A stretch of DNA of 64,000 bases from Chlorokybus atmophyticus (Eukaryota > Plantae > Mesostigma and Chlorokybus algae): contig RHPI01001507.1 in NCBI GenBank assembly GCA_009103225.1, positions 62,001-126,000 of the forward strand, in the 5' to 3' direction. A program made the position numbers and the translations under genes. Below are positions 10,683-22,653 of this stretch, one piece after another (the first letter of the stretch is position 1; the number at the start of each line of letters is the position of its first letter). The notes under the pieces were generated by a model. That model was given only the letters and a program-made list of their open reading frames with translations, had not been told where the DNA came from and searched no databases.

Positions 10683-11103
10683 TGTTGAAGGATCAGCATA
10701 TGAGGTTTGCTGGTATAGTATGCTTATAATATAGTTAGCTTGTTGATGTTACTTATACCATGTGCGGCGGTTATGCTATGGGAGTTACAGTCAACAAGAG
10801 AAATAAATGTTATGGGCGTTATGGGAGTTACGGTAGTTATTTTGTCAACTTTGACTCTGACCGTTGACTAATGTTGGCTTTGATCATTAACTAGTGTTGA
10901 CTAGAATTGACTTTAACTATAGTTGCCTGATTTCTTTTTAATGTTGACTAGCTTGGTATATAAGTTACTATATGTGGCGCATACAGATGAAACTGCAATA
11001 TATTTCTTTTTGATGTTGACATGCTTTTATGTTACACTTGGTGTTCCCCTAGTGTGAGCGCATGTATGAGGTAGGGCGCATACATGCACACTAGTTCATA
11101 ACA
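10683..11103 (+). repeat. Solo LTR, Copia family A
   Basis: TGTTGAAGG...TTCATAACA with TSD GCAAG/GCAAT. Confidence 0.9.
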
Positions 11104-11299
11104 GCAATCCGTCAAGGTAAGAACGTTCATCAATAAAAATTGTTTACGACATGCATGGGCTGTCAATGCTCTATGCGGTGGCGCATCGTGCAGCGCATTG
11201 ACAGTCGCCGCTGGGATCATATACATGTCACTTACTGTGCATGATGTTATTTTGTGGTATCAACCTAATTATCAACTTGCATTAGTGTGGCATATTCCA

Positions 11300-12960
11300 T
11301 TGCACGAGAAACTCACCAGCATTGTATTGCAGAGGAATCAACAACCGGCCCACCCTCACCCACATGTCGCGGTGTTGAAGTACTACAAAATGGCAGCAGT
11401 CAAGGCCATCTCAGGATGGGTCAGTTGATGCATATGTACACCAAGTATCGCGGCATTCTTACTTACCCAAGGTTACAGTCGCAAGAACGGTGAGACGAAG
11501 CGGGCCAGCTGTTAAGGCAATATATTATTTGGCCTTGCAATACGCAGCTGGAGGTGGAAGAGTAGCAAGCGGAGTAGGCGCAGCAGCAGCAACAGCAACA
11601 TGAGCAACAAAAGGAGGAGCCGTAAGGAAGCAAAGAGACGGAGTTGGAGGAGACTGCATACGTCTTAACAAGTCCAGCATTGCGAAAATCCTCTGCATCG
11701 CAATGCGGAAAAAAATTGCGGTGGTTCTCAAACAAGAGTTTCGTGCAGCTTTGCAGGAGATGAGGAGTTTTAAAGTGCAACGCTACGGTTCCACGGGCAC
11801 CACACAGCCACCTTACCTTTCGGACGACAACTTCAAGGTAAGCATATGTCGTGAATATCCCCCCCTCCCCCCCCCCCCCCCCNNNNNNNNNNNNNNNNNN
11901 NNNNNNNNNNNNNNNNNNNNNNNNNNNNNNNNNNNNNNNNNNNNNNNNNNNNNNNNNNNNNNNNNNNNNNNNNNNNNNNNNNNNNNNNNNNNNNNCCCCC
12001 CCCCCCTCCCCCTCTATTTATCGGATTGTGGCGGCTGAGGCTGTCATGAATGTTAGAGTGCAAGCTGAGGATGCAGAGAAGCAGTTAGGAGAGAGGTGCA
12101 GCAACAGTTGGGGGAGACGCAGAGAAGAATTAACAAACTACAACAGCTATAGTTAAAGCTCCACGCTGCACTCGATGAGCGGACTAAAAAGGAGGCATTG
12201 AATAGCCTACAAAACTTGTACGAGTGCGCAGTTAACAAGTACAATCAAGCAAAGACGGAGAAGGAAGCCCTCCATAATGAGCTCGATCAGCTTCAACAAC
12301 AGCTCCCGCACCCACCGCAACGACAACAATAAATTTCGATGCAGGTTTTGCAAATACAGCTTTAGCAAGCGCAACAGCAACACACGTAGCTGCGGATTAA
12401 ACATTACCGTGCGCATGACTTCATCAACACAATTTAGTAATAGGCGCATGAGGTGACGAACCTCTTCGTTTACCTGCGAAGTCACGAGCGTGACGACGTG
12501 CGGACGGGTGGTCCGACCGCCTTGATTGCCGGCTGGACCAACATGTTTGCACAGGGTGCGAGATAGCAACGTCACTTCATGCAGCGCTCAACTCAGCGCA
12601 GGGATCAGCATCAGCGCAATAGATTGGTGGACAGGGAGGATTTGACGGTTAAAAGGATTCGTTGGCTGGCTTCTTTAACTTTGACCGTGACGCAGGTGCA
12701 CACTACCCTGGCAAACTGCAAGAGGCCAAAGTTATTACTGCAATCAACATCGCCTCACTTTTTGAAGCGATGTTCCTCACCATGCCTTCCATCCAGGACT
12801 TCTTCGAGCAACTTGACTGGTGGATGGCTGCGCGTCGTGTGTAGCCGGCCGTGTTGGAGGCAATAACCCCTACTGACTTCTAAGCTGCATTGCAATGGCT
12901 GCATACCCCTGAAGGCATGAACGCCTCAACGAGATATTGCCAGGCTTATTTCAAGTGGTA
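11300..12960 (+). pseudogene. Decayed coding remnant of an unknown Gln/Glu-rich coiled-coil protein
   Basis: Stop-interrupted frames (LQNLYECAVNKYNQAKTEKEALHNELDQLQQQL; AGFFNFDRDAGAHYPGKLQEAKVITAINIASLFEAMF), GTAAG donor-like sites, and an assembly gap inside. No family recognised. Confidence 0.3.
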
Positions 12961-13059
12961 AGGCGGAGGTCGGTGGGGATTAAATCCATCACATATACCT
13001 GAGCCAGTGCTAGGCGGTTGCATACAGCAGTTGCCTTTTCGTACTACCAGCGGATACAC

Positions 13060-16000
13060 TGTTGAATGTTAAGCATATGAGGTTTGCTAGTATAGTATGC
13101 TTATTGTACAGTCAAGTTGTAAATTTATGCAAGCCATGTGCGGTGGTTATGCTATGTGAGGTACAGTCAACAGAAGTTATGGAAGTTATGAGAGTTACGA
13201 TGATAGTTATGGTCAATCTATACTTGAACCATTAACTAGTGTTAACTAGTGTTTATTGGAGTGTACTTTCACTAGAGTTGACTAGTTCTTTATAATGTTG
13301 ACTAACTTTGTGTAATATAAGTCACTGTATGTGGCGCATACAGGTGGAATTCCAATACATTTCTCTTTGGTGTTGACATGCTTGTATGTTACACTTGGTG
13401 TTCCCCTATTGAGAGCGCATGTATGAGGTAGGGCGCATACATGCACACTAATTCTTAACAGGTTGTGGGCCCACATACTCCTGCTTGTAGTCGAAGGGTG
13501 TTAAGAACCAGTGTGCATGTATGCGCCCTACCTCATACATGCGCTTACACTAGGGGAGCACCAAGTGTAACATACAAGCATGTCAACACCAAAGAGAAAT
13601 GTATTGCAGTTCCCACCTGTATGCGCAACATACAGTGAATCATATACTAAGCTAGTCAACACTAGAAAGAACTAGTCAAAGTCAACTCTAGTTAACATTA
13701 GTGAACCCGTTAAAATCAACACTAGTCAACACTAGTTAACGGTGAAAGTTAACCATAACTGTCATAACTCCCATAACTCGCATAACTCCTGTTAACTGTA
13801 ACTCCCATAGCGTAACCGCCGCACATGGTCCAAGTAACATCAACAAGCTGACTATACTATAAGCATACTGTACTAGCAAACCTTATGCTTAACCTTGAAC
13901 ACTCCCACGCAGGCAGCTTGCGTTGTGCACCAGCACATCAACATGCACAAGCTCCCACGCTTTTGTTGTCTTGAAGTTAACTTGGAACTTCTCGCCCCAC
14001 CACATGATGCTAGCATCAACCTCAAGATGCTCGCTCCCAATGCTTGTCATTATCTCTGCAAACTGCTCGCTTGCACATAGTGTACCTCGAGCACAATACC
14101 ATGCTCGCAAAGCGTAACTTCCACGCTTCTCGCGCTCAGCTACTCCTCTCTTATCGATGTCCAAGCGTCACACTTGAACACCATGCTGCTGAGTAGGCAG
14201 CTCCCACGCGCTCTCGGCACGCCGTGTAAGTACTTCACACGCTGCAACACTCCAAGCTAGAATACTCCAGCTCCCACTGATAAAGGACGCCTCCTCCACT
14301 AGTTACTGCTCGCTCTCGTCACCAAGCTAGATTCAACCAGCTGCCACGTTAAAAATGACGCCTCCTCCACCAAGTACTGCTCGCACTCGGCACCAAGCTA
14401 GATTCACCCAGCTTTTACGTAAAAAGGACGGCCCCTGTACCAAGTACTGCTCGCACTCGTCATCAAACTTGATTCATTCAGCTTCCATCATTACCAAAAA
14501 ATTGCCACCATCTCCTTTGTCGCTGAAAGCACTTCCTCCTCGAGGTCCACATACTTCCAGCTGTCCTTGTGTACAAGCAACAACCCCATTTCAATACTCC
14601 ATGTATTGTAGTTGTCCACGTCAAATGGCTCGACAATGACCTTGATGTTGTTCATGCATTTGGTTTGGTTGCCCCTCCACTACACGCAGAACTTGCAACC
14701 CACTCCCCTATCAGCAACCACAACTTCACACGCTATTAAGTATGTTTGGGCCCATAACCTTTTAAGAACTAGTGTGCATGTATGCGCCCTACCTCATATA
14801 TGCGCTCACACTAGGGGAACACCAAGTGTAACATACAAGCATGTCAACACCCAAAAGAGAAATGTATTGCAGTTCCCACCTGTATGCGCCACATACAGTG
14901 ACTTATATACTAAGCTCAACACTAGAAAGAACTAGTCAAAGTCAACACTAGTCAACACTAGTCAACACTAGTCAACGGTCAGAGTCAGAGTTGACCATAA
15001 CTGTCATAACTCCCATAACTTCTATTGATTGTAACCTCCATAGCGTGACCGCCGCACATGGTCTAAGTAACATCAACAAGCTGACTACTATAAGCATACT
15101 ATAATAACAAACCTCATATGCTTAACTTTCAACAAAGGGCAACTAATACCGGAGGCATGAAGAACATTCAGGTCACTGTCGAGCCATTGCATGTGATTAA
15201 CCACAAAATGTGGAGCATCACAACGGAGTTGTTGCTGGTACACAAAAATATGTGGAAGTATGTGGACCCCTAGGAAGAGTGCCGTCGGGGAAAGAAGTAG
15301 TGTGGGTTGTGCTTTAAGGGTTGCTGAAGGAATACAGGGTGGTGGTGACCATTATGGAGAAATTGACACTTGATGGCGTGATACCATGGCTTTTGAAAAA
15401 AGAGCATCGCATGTAGAGAGCAGGGTGGGAAGAAGGATCAGGAGCAGCTACAGCTTTTATGGTGAAGAAAAGGCACTCATAGTAACAAGGAGTGTTGGTG
15501 TTGAGGCGAGCGTGGTAACGTCAAGCACAAATGTCCTGAAGGGAAAACATCCACTTTCGTGAGCACCAATAGCAAAAAGGGTGAGACAATTGCATTATGT
15601 GGCTATGGCGTAAGTTGGAGAGAAGAAGGAGGAGATGGTGGCGACCTCCTGGTAATGATGGAAGCTGGGTGAATCTAGCTTGGTGCCGAGTGCAAGGAGT
15701 ACTTGGTGGAGGAGGCGTCCTTTTTACGTGGAAGCTGGGTAAATTTAGCTTAGTGCCAAGTGCGTGTAGTACTTAGTGGAGGAGGCGTCCTTTATTTGTG
15801 GGAGCTGGTGTATTATAGCTTTGAGTGTTGCAGTGCGTTAAGTACTTGCAGGGCGTGCCGAAAGCGCGTGGGAGCTGCCTACTTAACAGCATGATGTGTA
15901 AGTGTGATTGCACATGGATAGAAGAGGAGTAGCTGAGCGCGAGAAGCGTGGAGGTTTTACTCTGCGAGCATGGTATTGTACTTGAGGTACACTATATGCA

Positions 16001-16548
16001 AGCGAGCAGTTTACAAAAATAATGATAAGCATTGGGAGCGTGCAGCTCGAGGTTGGTGCTAGCGTCATGCGGTGGGGGAAGAAGTTCAAGGGTAAATTTC
16101 AAGGCAATGAAGGCGTGGGAGCTTGTGCGTGCTGATGTGCAAATGCGGACGGCAAGCTGCCTGCGTGGGAGTGTTAAAGGTTAAGTTAAACATATGAGGT
16201 TTGCTAGTATAGTTTGCTTACAGTCAGCTTGTTGATGTTACTTAGGCCATGTGCGGCGGTTATGCTATGGGAGTCGCAGTTAACAAGAGTTATGGGAGTT
16301 GCGACAGTTATGGTCATTGTTAACCTTGACCGCTAACTAGTGTTGACTAATATTGACTTGCACTAGAGTTGAGTAGTTCTTGCTAGTGTTGACTATCTTA
16401 ATATACAAGTCACTGTATGTGGCGCATACAGGTGGAACTGCAATACATCTCTCTTGGGTGTTGACATGCTTGTACGTTACACTTGGTATTGTCCTATTGT
16501 GAGCGCATGTATGAGGTAGGGCACATGTATGCACACAAGTTCTTAACA
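13060..16548 (+). mobile_element. Non-autonomous Copia family A element (host of a nested copy)
   Basis: 5' LTR 13060-13460, PBS GGTTGTGGGCCCAC at 13461, gag remnant 15155-15500, PPT GCGTGGGAG, 3' LTR 16171-16548; TSD TACAC/TGCAC. Confidence 0.92.
13499..15134 (-). mobile_element. Non-autonomous Copia family A element nested antisense in the previous one
   Basis: LTRs 13499-13900 and 14760-15134, PPT rc at 13901, PBS rc at ~14744-14759, perfect TSD AAGGG (13494-13498, 15135-15139). Confidence 0.95.
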
Positions 16549-17021
16549 TGCACGTGTACATCGGAATCTTTGTAGTGTAATTTAATTGTGTATAGTACAA
16601 TTGTGATAATACCAAAGATGAACATTGGTGTTTTTATGCCTTGCCTCAAAAATGACCACTTACAACAAGCAACCACACATTAACACATTAGCACAATTAA
16701 CAAGCGAAGTAATAGTTGCTTACTATAATGCGGCTAATAGTTACACTCCAAGTAAAGTGCTTGAGAAATCACATTTATGTGTGTGCAAACATGTATATCA
16801 CAAGTTGACAACCAGCATATGTGCTTGTTGCCAACAATGTGTTGGGGGTCAAGTAGTTGCGAAATACTTGTTGCGGCTGATGTATTGCGGGCCGCCAAAA
16901 CTAACGGTGCGGCTGATTGGGCGCGAGGCGGGCAGCCGTCACCAGTGAGTGCTGACACAAGAATTGTCAGTGCAATCCGTTAGAGCAAACTGAGGCCCGG
17001 CATCCAAGCAGCGACGGACGG

Positions 17022-17386
17022 GACGTAGCGCGACATTGCAACTGAGCATATGGCATCACTTGATAGATTTTCGTTTGATGTTATAGTATATCGGTCTATA
17101 TGGCGCAATATGCTCAACAGCATATGGATGGATATCACATATATGGTATCATGCATGCATGTGACCTGAACTCTGTTAACTCAGCAACGTCAATGATCAC
17201 ACGCCATCTCACCGCCACAACATGCATACAAGGAGCGATGGATGAGACGTAGCGCGACATTGCAGCACAACATATGGCATTACTTGATATAATATCGTTT
17301 AATGTGCTAGCATACGGCATCATATGGCACGATCCATATGCTCAATAGCATATGGATGGATATCATACATATGGTATCATGCGTGC
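17022..17386. repeat. Diverged direct repeat pair (~135-140 bp, period 224)
   Basis: GACGTAGCGCGACATTGCA...CATATGGATGGATATCA...ATGGTATCATGC at 17022-17157 and 17246-17386. Confidence 0.8.
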
Positions 17387-17803
17387 AATGCGATTCAATT
17401 CAGGTCACCAAACAATGATTTTCGGTTCCGTCATATCAGCTGAGGTTATGTCACATTTTAAATATACTTTTTCAACAAGGAATTCACGACATGTCATGCG
17501 ACATCGCACCATAGCAAGTCATATCATACCATATGGTGTCACGGCAATTGATATGCCGGAATATGATGTCATATGACATGATATGACGCAATGTCGCCGG
17601 ACATCGTGAGTTCCCTGTGCGGCATGTTTACAGAGTTCAAGTCAAACCATGGTTTGTGTGTAATGTGTCCTGAGTATGATGGGATATCATACGCGCCCGG
17701 GCGATATGGTTGACGACTACCACGGCTCAAAATCCAAGTCGCATGCAAGCTCTTCAACGGCAGCGACGCCAAGATTGTCGAGCGTAGTCGCCGCGTTGTT
17801 TCA

Positions 17804-18100
17804 TTGATGCATTTATTGCCTACTTACTCAGGTCCATGGCGTTCTCAGCGTGTTGCCAACTTCGAAATTTACTTCCTCCGTTGCATCTATGGCTGCAACC
17901 TCACGGGCATACACAAAGGCTGGATCACCAGAGTGGGAGTGCAAAACTTCAGGTCTCACCTTACTAGCGGTATCCACAAGGACCCCTCTAATGCATTAAC
18001 ACGCCAGCAGCAAGATGACTTGCTGAAGTACTGGTTGGATCTGGCGAGTTCTGCATGGTGGCATGCATTGTTGTGCACGCAAATAGCAAACTGCTCCACA
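17804..18100 (+). pseudogene. Possible C2H2/BED-like zinc-finger exon
   Basis: CIYGCNLTGIHKGWITRVGVQNFRSHLTSGIH pattern (C-x3-C...H-x5-H); spacing is non-canonical. Confidence 0.25.
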
Positions 18101-18623
18101 GCCTGGGAGTTTAACAATGTGCAATGTCACTATCGATGTACTTTGAGTGCATGTTGCTGTTTGCATGATAGCACAATGGACGGGCTTATGTGGTATTTTA
18201 ATCATGTTTATATACTTGTTGCCACTTAGGGTCGGGCTGCAGTGGCACAACACAACTTCAATCCTATTGTGGGTGCCTTTATGCCGATTGCTAGAACGTG
18301 GCCTTTGCAGCAAACAACCCCCCTGCCACCGTCGCTGCATGATGTTCTGCACCCTATTGAAATCTTATACGATCTTAACCTCATGAAAATCACCAATGCC
18401 AGTACCTTTACGGTGCCAACAAGTACGTGACTGCTTCGTGGTGACATCAACAATTTCATTCAGTGCATGTATCCAAACAGGTTCTCGTGTGACTCCGTTT
18501 AAGCGCCGTAGGAACTTGTCTATGGCGCCTGATACTCCCACCACGTCTCATGTCACTGACGCTGAAGCAGGTGATCAATGTCATCGTTGCAGAGGTTTCA
18601 ACCTGATCATGTGAACTATGTAA

Positions 18624-19835
18624 ATGCAAGGGAAGCATTGCCACGTTTGCCAACTCACCAATTTACACCTGAGTTTATGCGTGCTGCTATTGAAACCTTC
18701 AGTTTCCACCTGCTTTGTGAAGTACAAAACAACGCTCGTCTACAAAACGAAAGTAAGGGAAATTGTGCCATTGTTTTTACACACACTACTGATGGCATTG
18801 TTTGCAGATTTTAAACTAGTTGACGAGAATACAGTCCTTCGCGAGCGCAACCTGAAGCAAGCAGAACATCTACGCCAAAACCAGACGCAGCATGATCCCC
18901 AGATTGCTACAAAGCTGTTGATCAGTGAACTTAATGGTTTGCGTGCAGGCCATGCTGCTGCAGAACAACACTCTGCTGACCTGAAGCGTGCATCACACGA
19001 AGAGCGTGCTGAGCACATCAGAATAACAGATTGCGTCAAAAACGCAGACGCAGCAAGCATCATGGGTTTAGGCAAGCAGCTGACAGAAACTCAGCGCAGG
19101 GCCATACAGTTGCAGCAACACAATGAGCGCAACAATGCAAAATTGGCGCGTTTGCAATGCCAGATTGGAGAAGCCAATCAGACAATTGCTGCACACAAAA
19201 AAAGGGTGTGTATTCTTGCAATGATCGATTTTTTAGCAACTGACTTGCTGTTGTAGATCTCAGAGTTGACGAGTGTCCTGCGTCTTCAGACGGCAAACCG
19301 GCAATTTTGTAAGCGCGTTGAACCTAATGGCGTGCAATCCGAGAGCTTCCAGCAGGAATTGCAAGTCACTAAAAAGGAGTTGGACAGCTTGGCAAAATAC
19401 ATGTTGAAAGAGATCGACCTTGACGGACAGGTACTGAACAATTAAAATTATGACATGTATCAACAAATGCAACACTTTGGTGTTCACTGGTTGGTGTACA
19501 AGGTATCGCTCCTTAATCGCAGAGATGTTAAAAGGCAGCAGCAACTTTACCAAACACTTTGGGAGAAGCTTTGTACCTACCTCGGCACAGTTGCCCCGTT
19601 GCTGCGTGAAGCAGCAACAACCGAAGAAATGCAGCAACATGTGCGCCAGGACTACAAGGGCAAGCGCGTGGTAGACAATGAAGATAACACATGCGGGATC
19701 TGCTGCGAGCAGAAGCCAGTGGAAGCGTTGCTACCAATGCCATGTTGCGGAGCCACGCTGTGCCGTCAGTGCTTAATGAAGCTGCGCACAGGATCTTACC
19801 CTCAAGTTGAGTGTCCTTTCTGCCGCTGCTTTTAA
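18624..19835 (+). pseudogene. Coiled-coil protein with C-terminal RING finger (putative E3 ligase)
   Basis: Heptad-rich ORF 18624-19256 continues in frame past a TAG to ~19440. ORF 19455-19835 ends CGICCEQKPVEALLPMPCCGATLCRQCLMKLRTGSYPQVECPFCR (RING-HC-like; His position is Ala). Confidence 0.7.
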
Positions 19836-20449
19836 CTTATTTTTATGCATCGCCCACCACGTGGTGCAGCGCTCCCCGATTTACCTATATACGAACTATG
19901 CAGCGTGACGATGATGAGGATGTTAATACACACAATACTGGCGCTGGGCCTCCGCAGCCCCCCCCCNCCCCCTGAGTAGACCTGTATTTCATGGGACCCG
20001 TTTTGCCCTTATCGATGCATATGTCAAGTTTGTTAATTGAACAATCCTATGCTCTGTTGTTACCTGCATGGTTATGTTGTTATGCAACATGCTTGTACAA
20101 CAACACATTGCCGCACACATTGTGTCACTGCAATAGGCAGCACATGGATAATTGACATGAACTGTGTTAACACGATGCACAGAGAACTCATGATGTTCAG
20201 TGACATCGCGCGACATTCTACCATATCACGCCATATAACATCATATGCCAGTATATCAATCGCTGTGACACCATATGGTATGATATGGCTTGATATGGTG
20301 CGATGTCGCATGTCGTGAGTTTCTTGTTGAAGGAGTTTAGTTAAAATGTGACATAACCTTAGTTAATGTGACGGAATCGTTTAATTTACGTCGCTGAGTT
20401 AATCCACTTACACCAAACACCACAGCATATGTACATCTATGAAGCTACA

Positions 20450-22023
20450 CCACCAACATGCACCCACCTGCATCATATCAACACCAAAGCATGGTGTCGC
20501 ACAAACTGTCCAACACACATGGTGAATTCCACACAAATAATAGCCAGTTGCCCTCTGCTTTCTTGTTTTCATTGCCAAAACCGCTATCACTACGTCGGCG
20601 TGCCCAAAATGCTTTGACCCTTGCAAAGGTGGCCTTCATCCATATTGTAACCTTTGCACCCACGAGAGTCGTATTGGGCGATATACCTAGCTTCTAACCA
20701 ACCTATTCGTGCCTTGCAATGTCCTTTATAACCAACTGCACTTGCTCTCCAAAGGGTTTATTGCTATCTAAGTCATGCAACATATTCTTAGGCGGGTGTC
20801 TACAATGTTCCTTATAACGTCAACCAGGGTGGCTACTTTGACCAATATATACTTTTTGTGTTGCCACATGCGTCAACTTGTAGATAAACTTCGCACCTGT
20901 GTTTATGGGTTGCACACGCTTGTTGAGGTATGTGCAGAGGCCCTGATGTTGATGTTGGCATTGATGCTGTGTCTTGCTGCCGAGGATCACAGGACCATGT
21001 GGACCTCATCGTTTACATGCAAAAAGCAATGTTACTATGAACGATGTAGTACACAACCGAGATTGATGTTGAACAATGGTGACATACATGCGTAGTGAAA
21101 TTGAAGCAACAAAACAGACAACGGGCAAAGGATAAGAAGGAAGGGAGCCAATGCAAAAACAAAAGTGTAACAGAAGAAGTGACTGCATGGGTTCTGCTTG
21201 ATGTGCCCATTGTTGTTAAAACTCTGCTACGCAACCATAGCAGTCGCATGTCATCGCGACTAATCTTAGCAAGTACAGTAATCCCATCATCAACTTGGAT
21301 AACAACACACCTCATTGGCAGCAACATTGCTACTGGAGCTTCCCTTGGGTCTGCTTTGTCGATCTGCTCAATAATGTTTTTTGCCTTTCCTTGCGACATG
21401 ACACGCGCTGTCTCTCAGGTGCAAACTTTGCGAGCGTGCACCAACTCAAACATTTGTTAACTACATGTGCTTTGGCCAATGATCAAGCGTCACATTGATA
21501 CATACTTGATTAGCGCCAATTGGCTCTGCATTATCAAGAAGATCTGGGTTGTCCTTGCCCATTAAAAGGTCCCACAGCTTGTAAGCTACTTGGCGCTTCA
21601 GGTTACAAAAATGCCGAGCTTTTTGAGGTAGTAGATGCATGTTCCTGCACATACATGCATCAGTTAACACATGCACCACAATGTGTAAGTGTACATTAAC
21701 CGCCTCTCACCTGTTGCAATGGAGTCCCCATGCTTTACGCGAAACTCTTGAGCTCTCTCTTTGGCAGGGCGAATTAACTTATTGGCCTCTGGCTTGCTGA
21801 ACAGCCCCTCCAGCTTCTTGGGAGTGATACCTGCTGAGTCACATGCTACCAGTTGTTTTTCTGTCAGCAAACCACCAGGTGCATCACCTTCGCTACTGGT
21901 ATGTGGACGCTTAGAGCCACTTTCGTTATTGGAAATTTGAGCGTGGAGCCTTTCGAACAGGTCTTTTCCGTCAAAGTCCATGCTGTCAACCAGGTGCACT
22001 GTCAATGTAACGCGCGCCAACAT
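20450..22023 (-). pseudogene. Unknown, probably spliced, gene downstream of and co-oriented with the Helitron helicase
   Basis: Protein-like minus-strand ORFs 21664-22023, 21461-21679, 21013-21399 and 20478-20663, separated by GT..AG-like segments. No family recognised. Confidence 0.35.
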
Positions 22024-22653
22024 GTTGACTCACAGAGTTCGAGATTAAACAGAGGCAAATTGAGCCACGTTGTTACCTGTGTCTGGCTGAGGTGATGGTT
22101 TCCAATGATGGGCAGGTGTCTAAAACAGGTGATGCAACAGGCATGTATGCACAGTGCCCTGAGACTTGACATTTTATCTGGTGTACACTTATAGCAGCGT
22201 TAGATATACTGCCTATGTATATCTGCGTGGCAAGGAAAAGGGTCTGCATCGGCAGAGCACCACTTGCTAAGCCATGCCGCGATGCGATTGGTGAGAAGAG
22301 ATGATGGGATGGCGGAGATGATTGCATACAAAGCATAATTAAATGACGGGCGATACGGCAATCAACTGAATGTGTCATGTCATCAAACCGTACAATGCGT
22401 ACAGTGTGGTCATGAGATGCACTTCATGTTACGCGACATGGTCCAATATTGTCGAACATGGCACTATATAACGCATTATGCGACATCGTTCACGCCTAAA
22501 GCAATATCGTCCAACTTGAACCATATAGTGCAATGTTGTGCAACATCATGCGATATGCGTCGATATTAAACAACGTTGCGCAACAGCGTATCATATTGCA
22601 AAAATGATGCATTATATGTCACACCATCGCGCAACACTGACTGGAATTACCGG

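Larger units (their letters stand above)
17423..20379. repeat. ~220-bp inverted repeat pair (17423-17645 and 20152-20379) enclosing a 2.5-kb gene cassette
   Basis: The rc of 20152-20379 aligns along its length with 17423-17645 (e.g. GGTTATGTCACATTTTAA, CATGCGACATCGCACCATA, ATATCATACCATATGGTGTCAC). Confidence 0.85.

Noticed and set aside
14930-15030. CRISPR-like array (CACTAGTCAA and ATAACTCCC reiterations)
   Set aside because: Short tandem units without unique spacers, always inside LTRs; no cas genes.
17800-22023. Endogenous giant-virus or Polinton-like segment
   Set aside because: The RING and unknown ORFs are compatible, but no capsid, packaging ATPase, polB or primase hallmark is visible.
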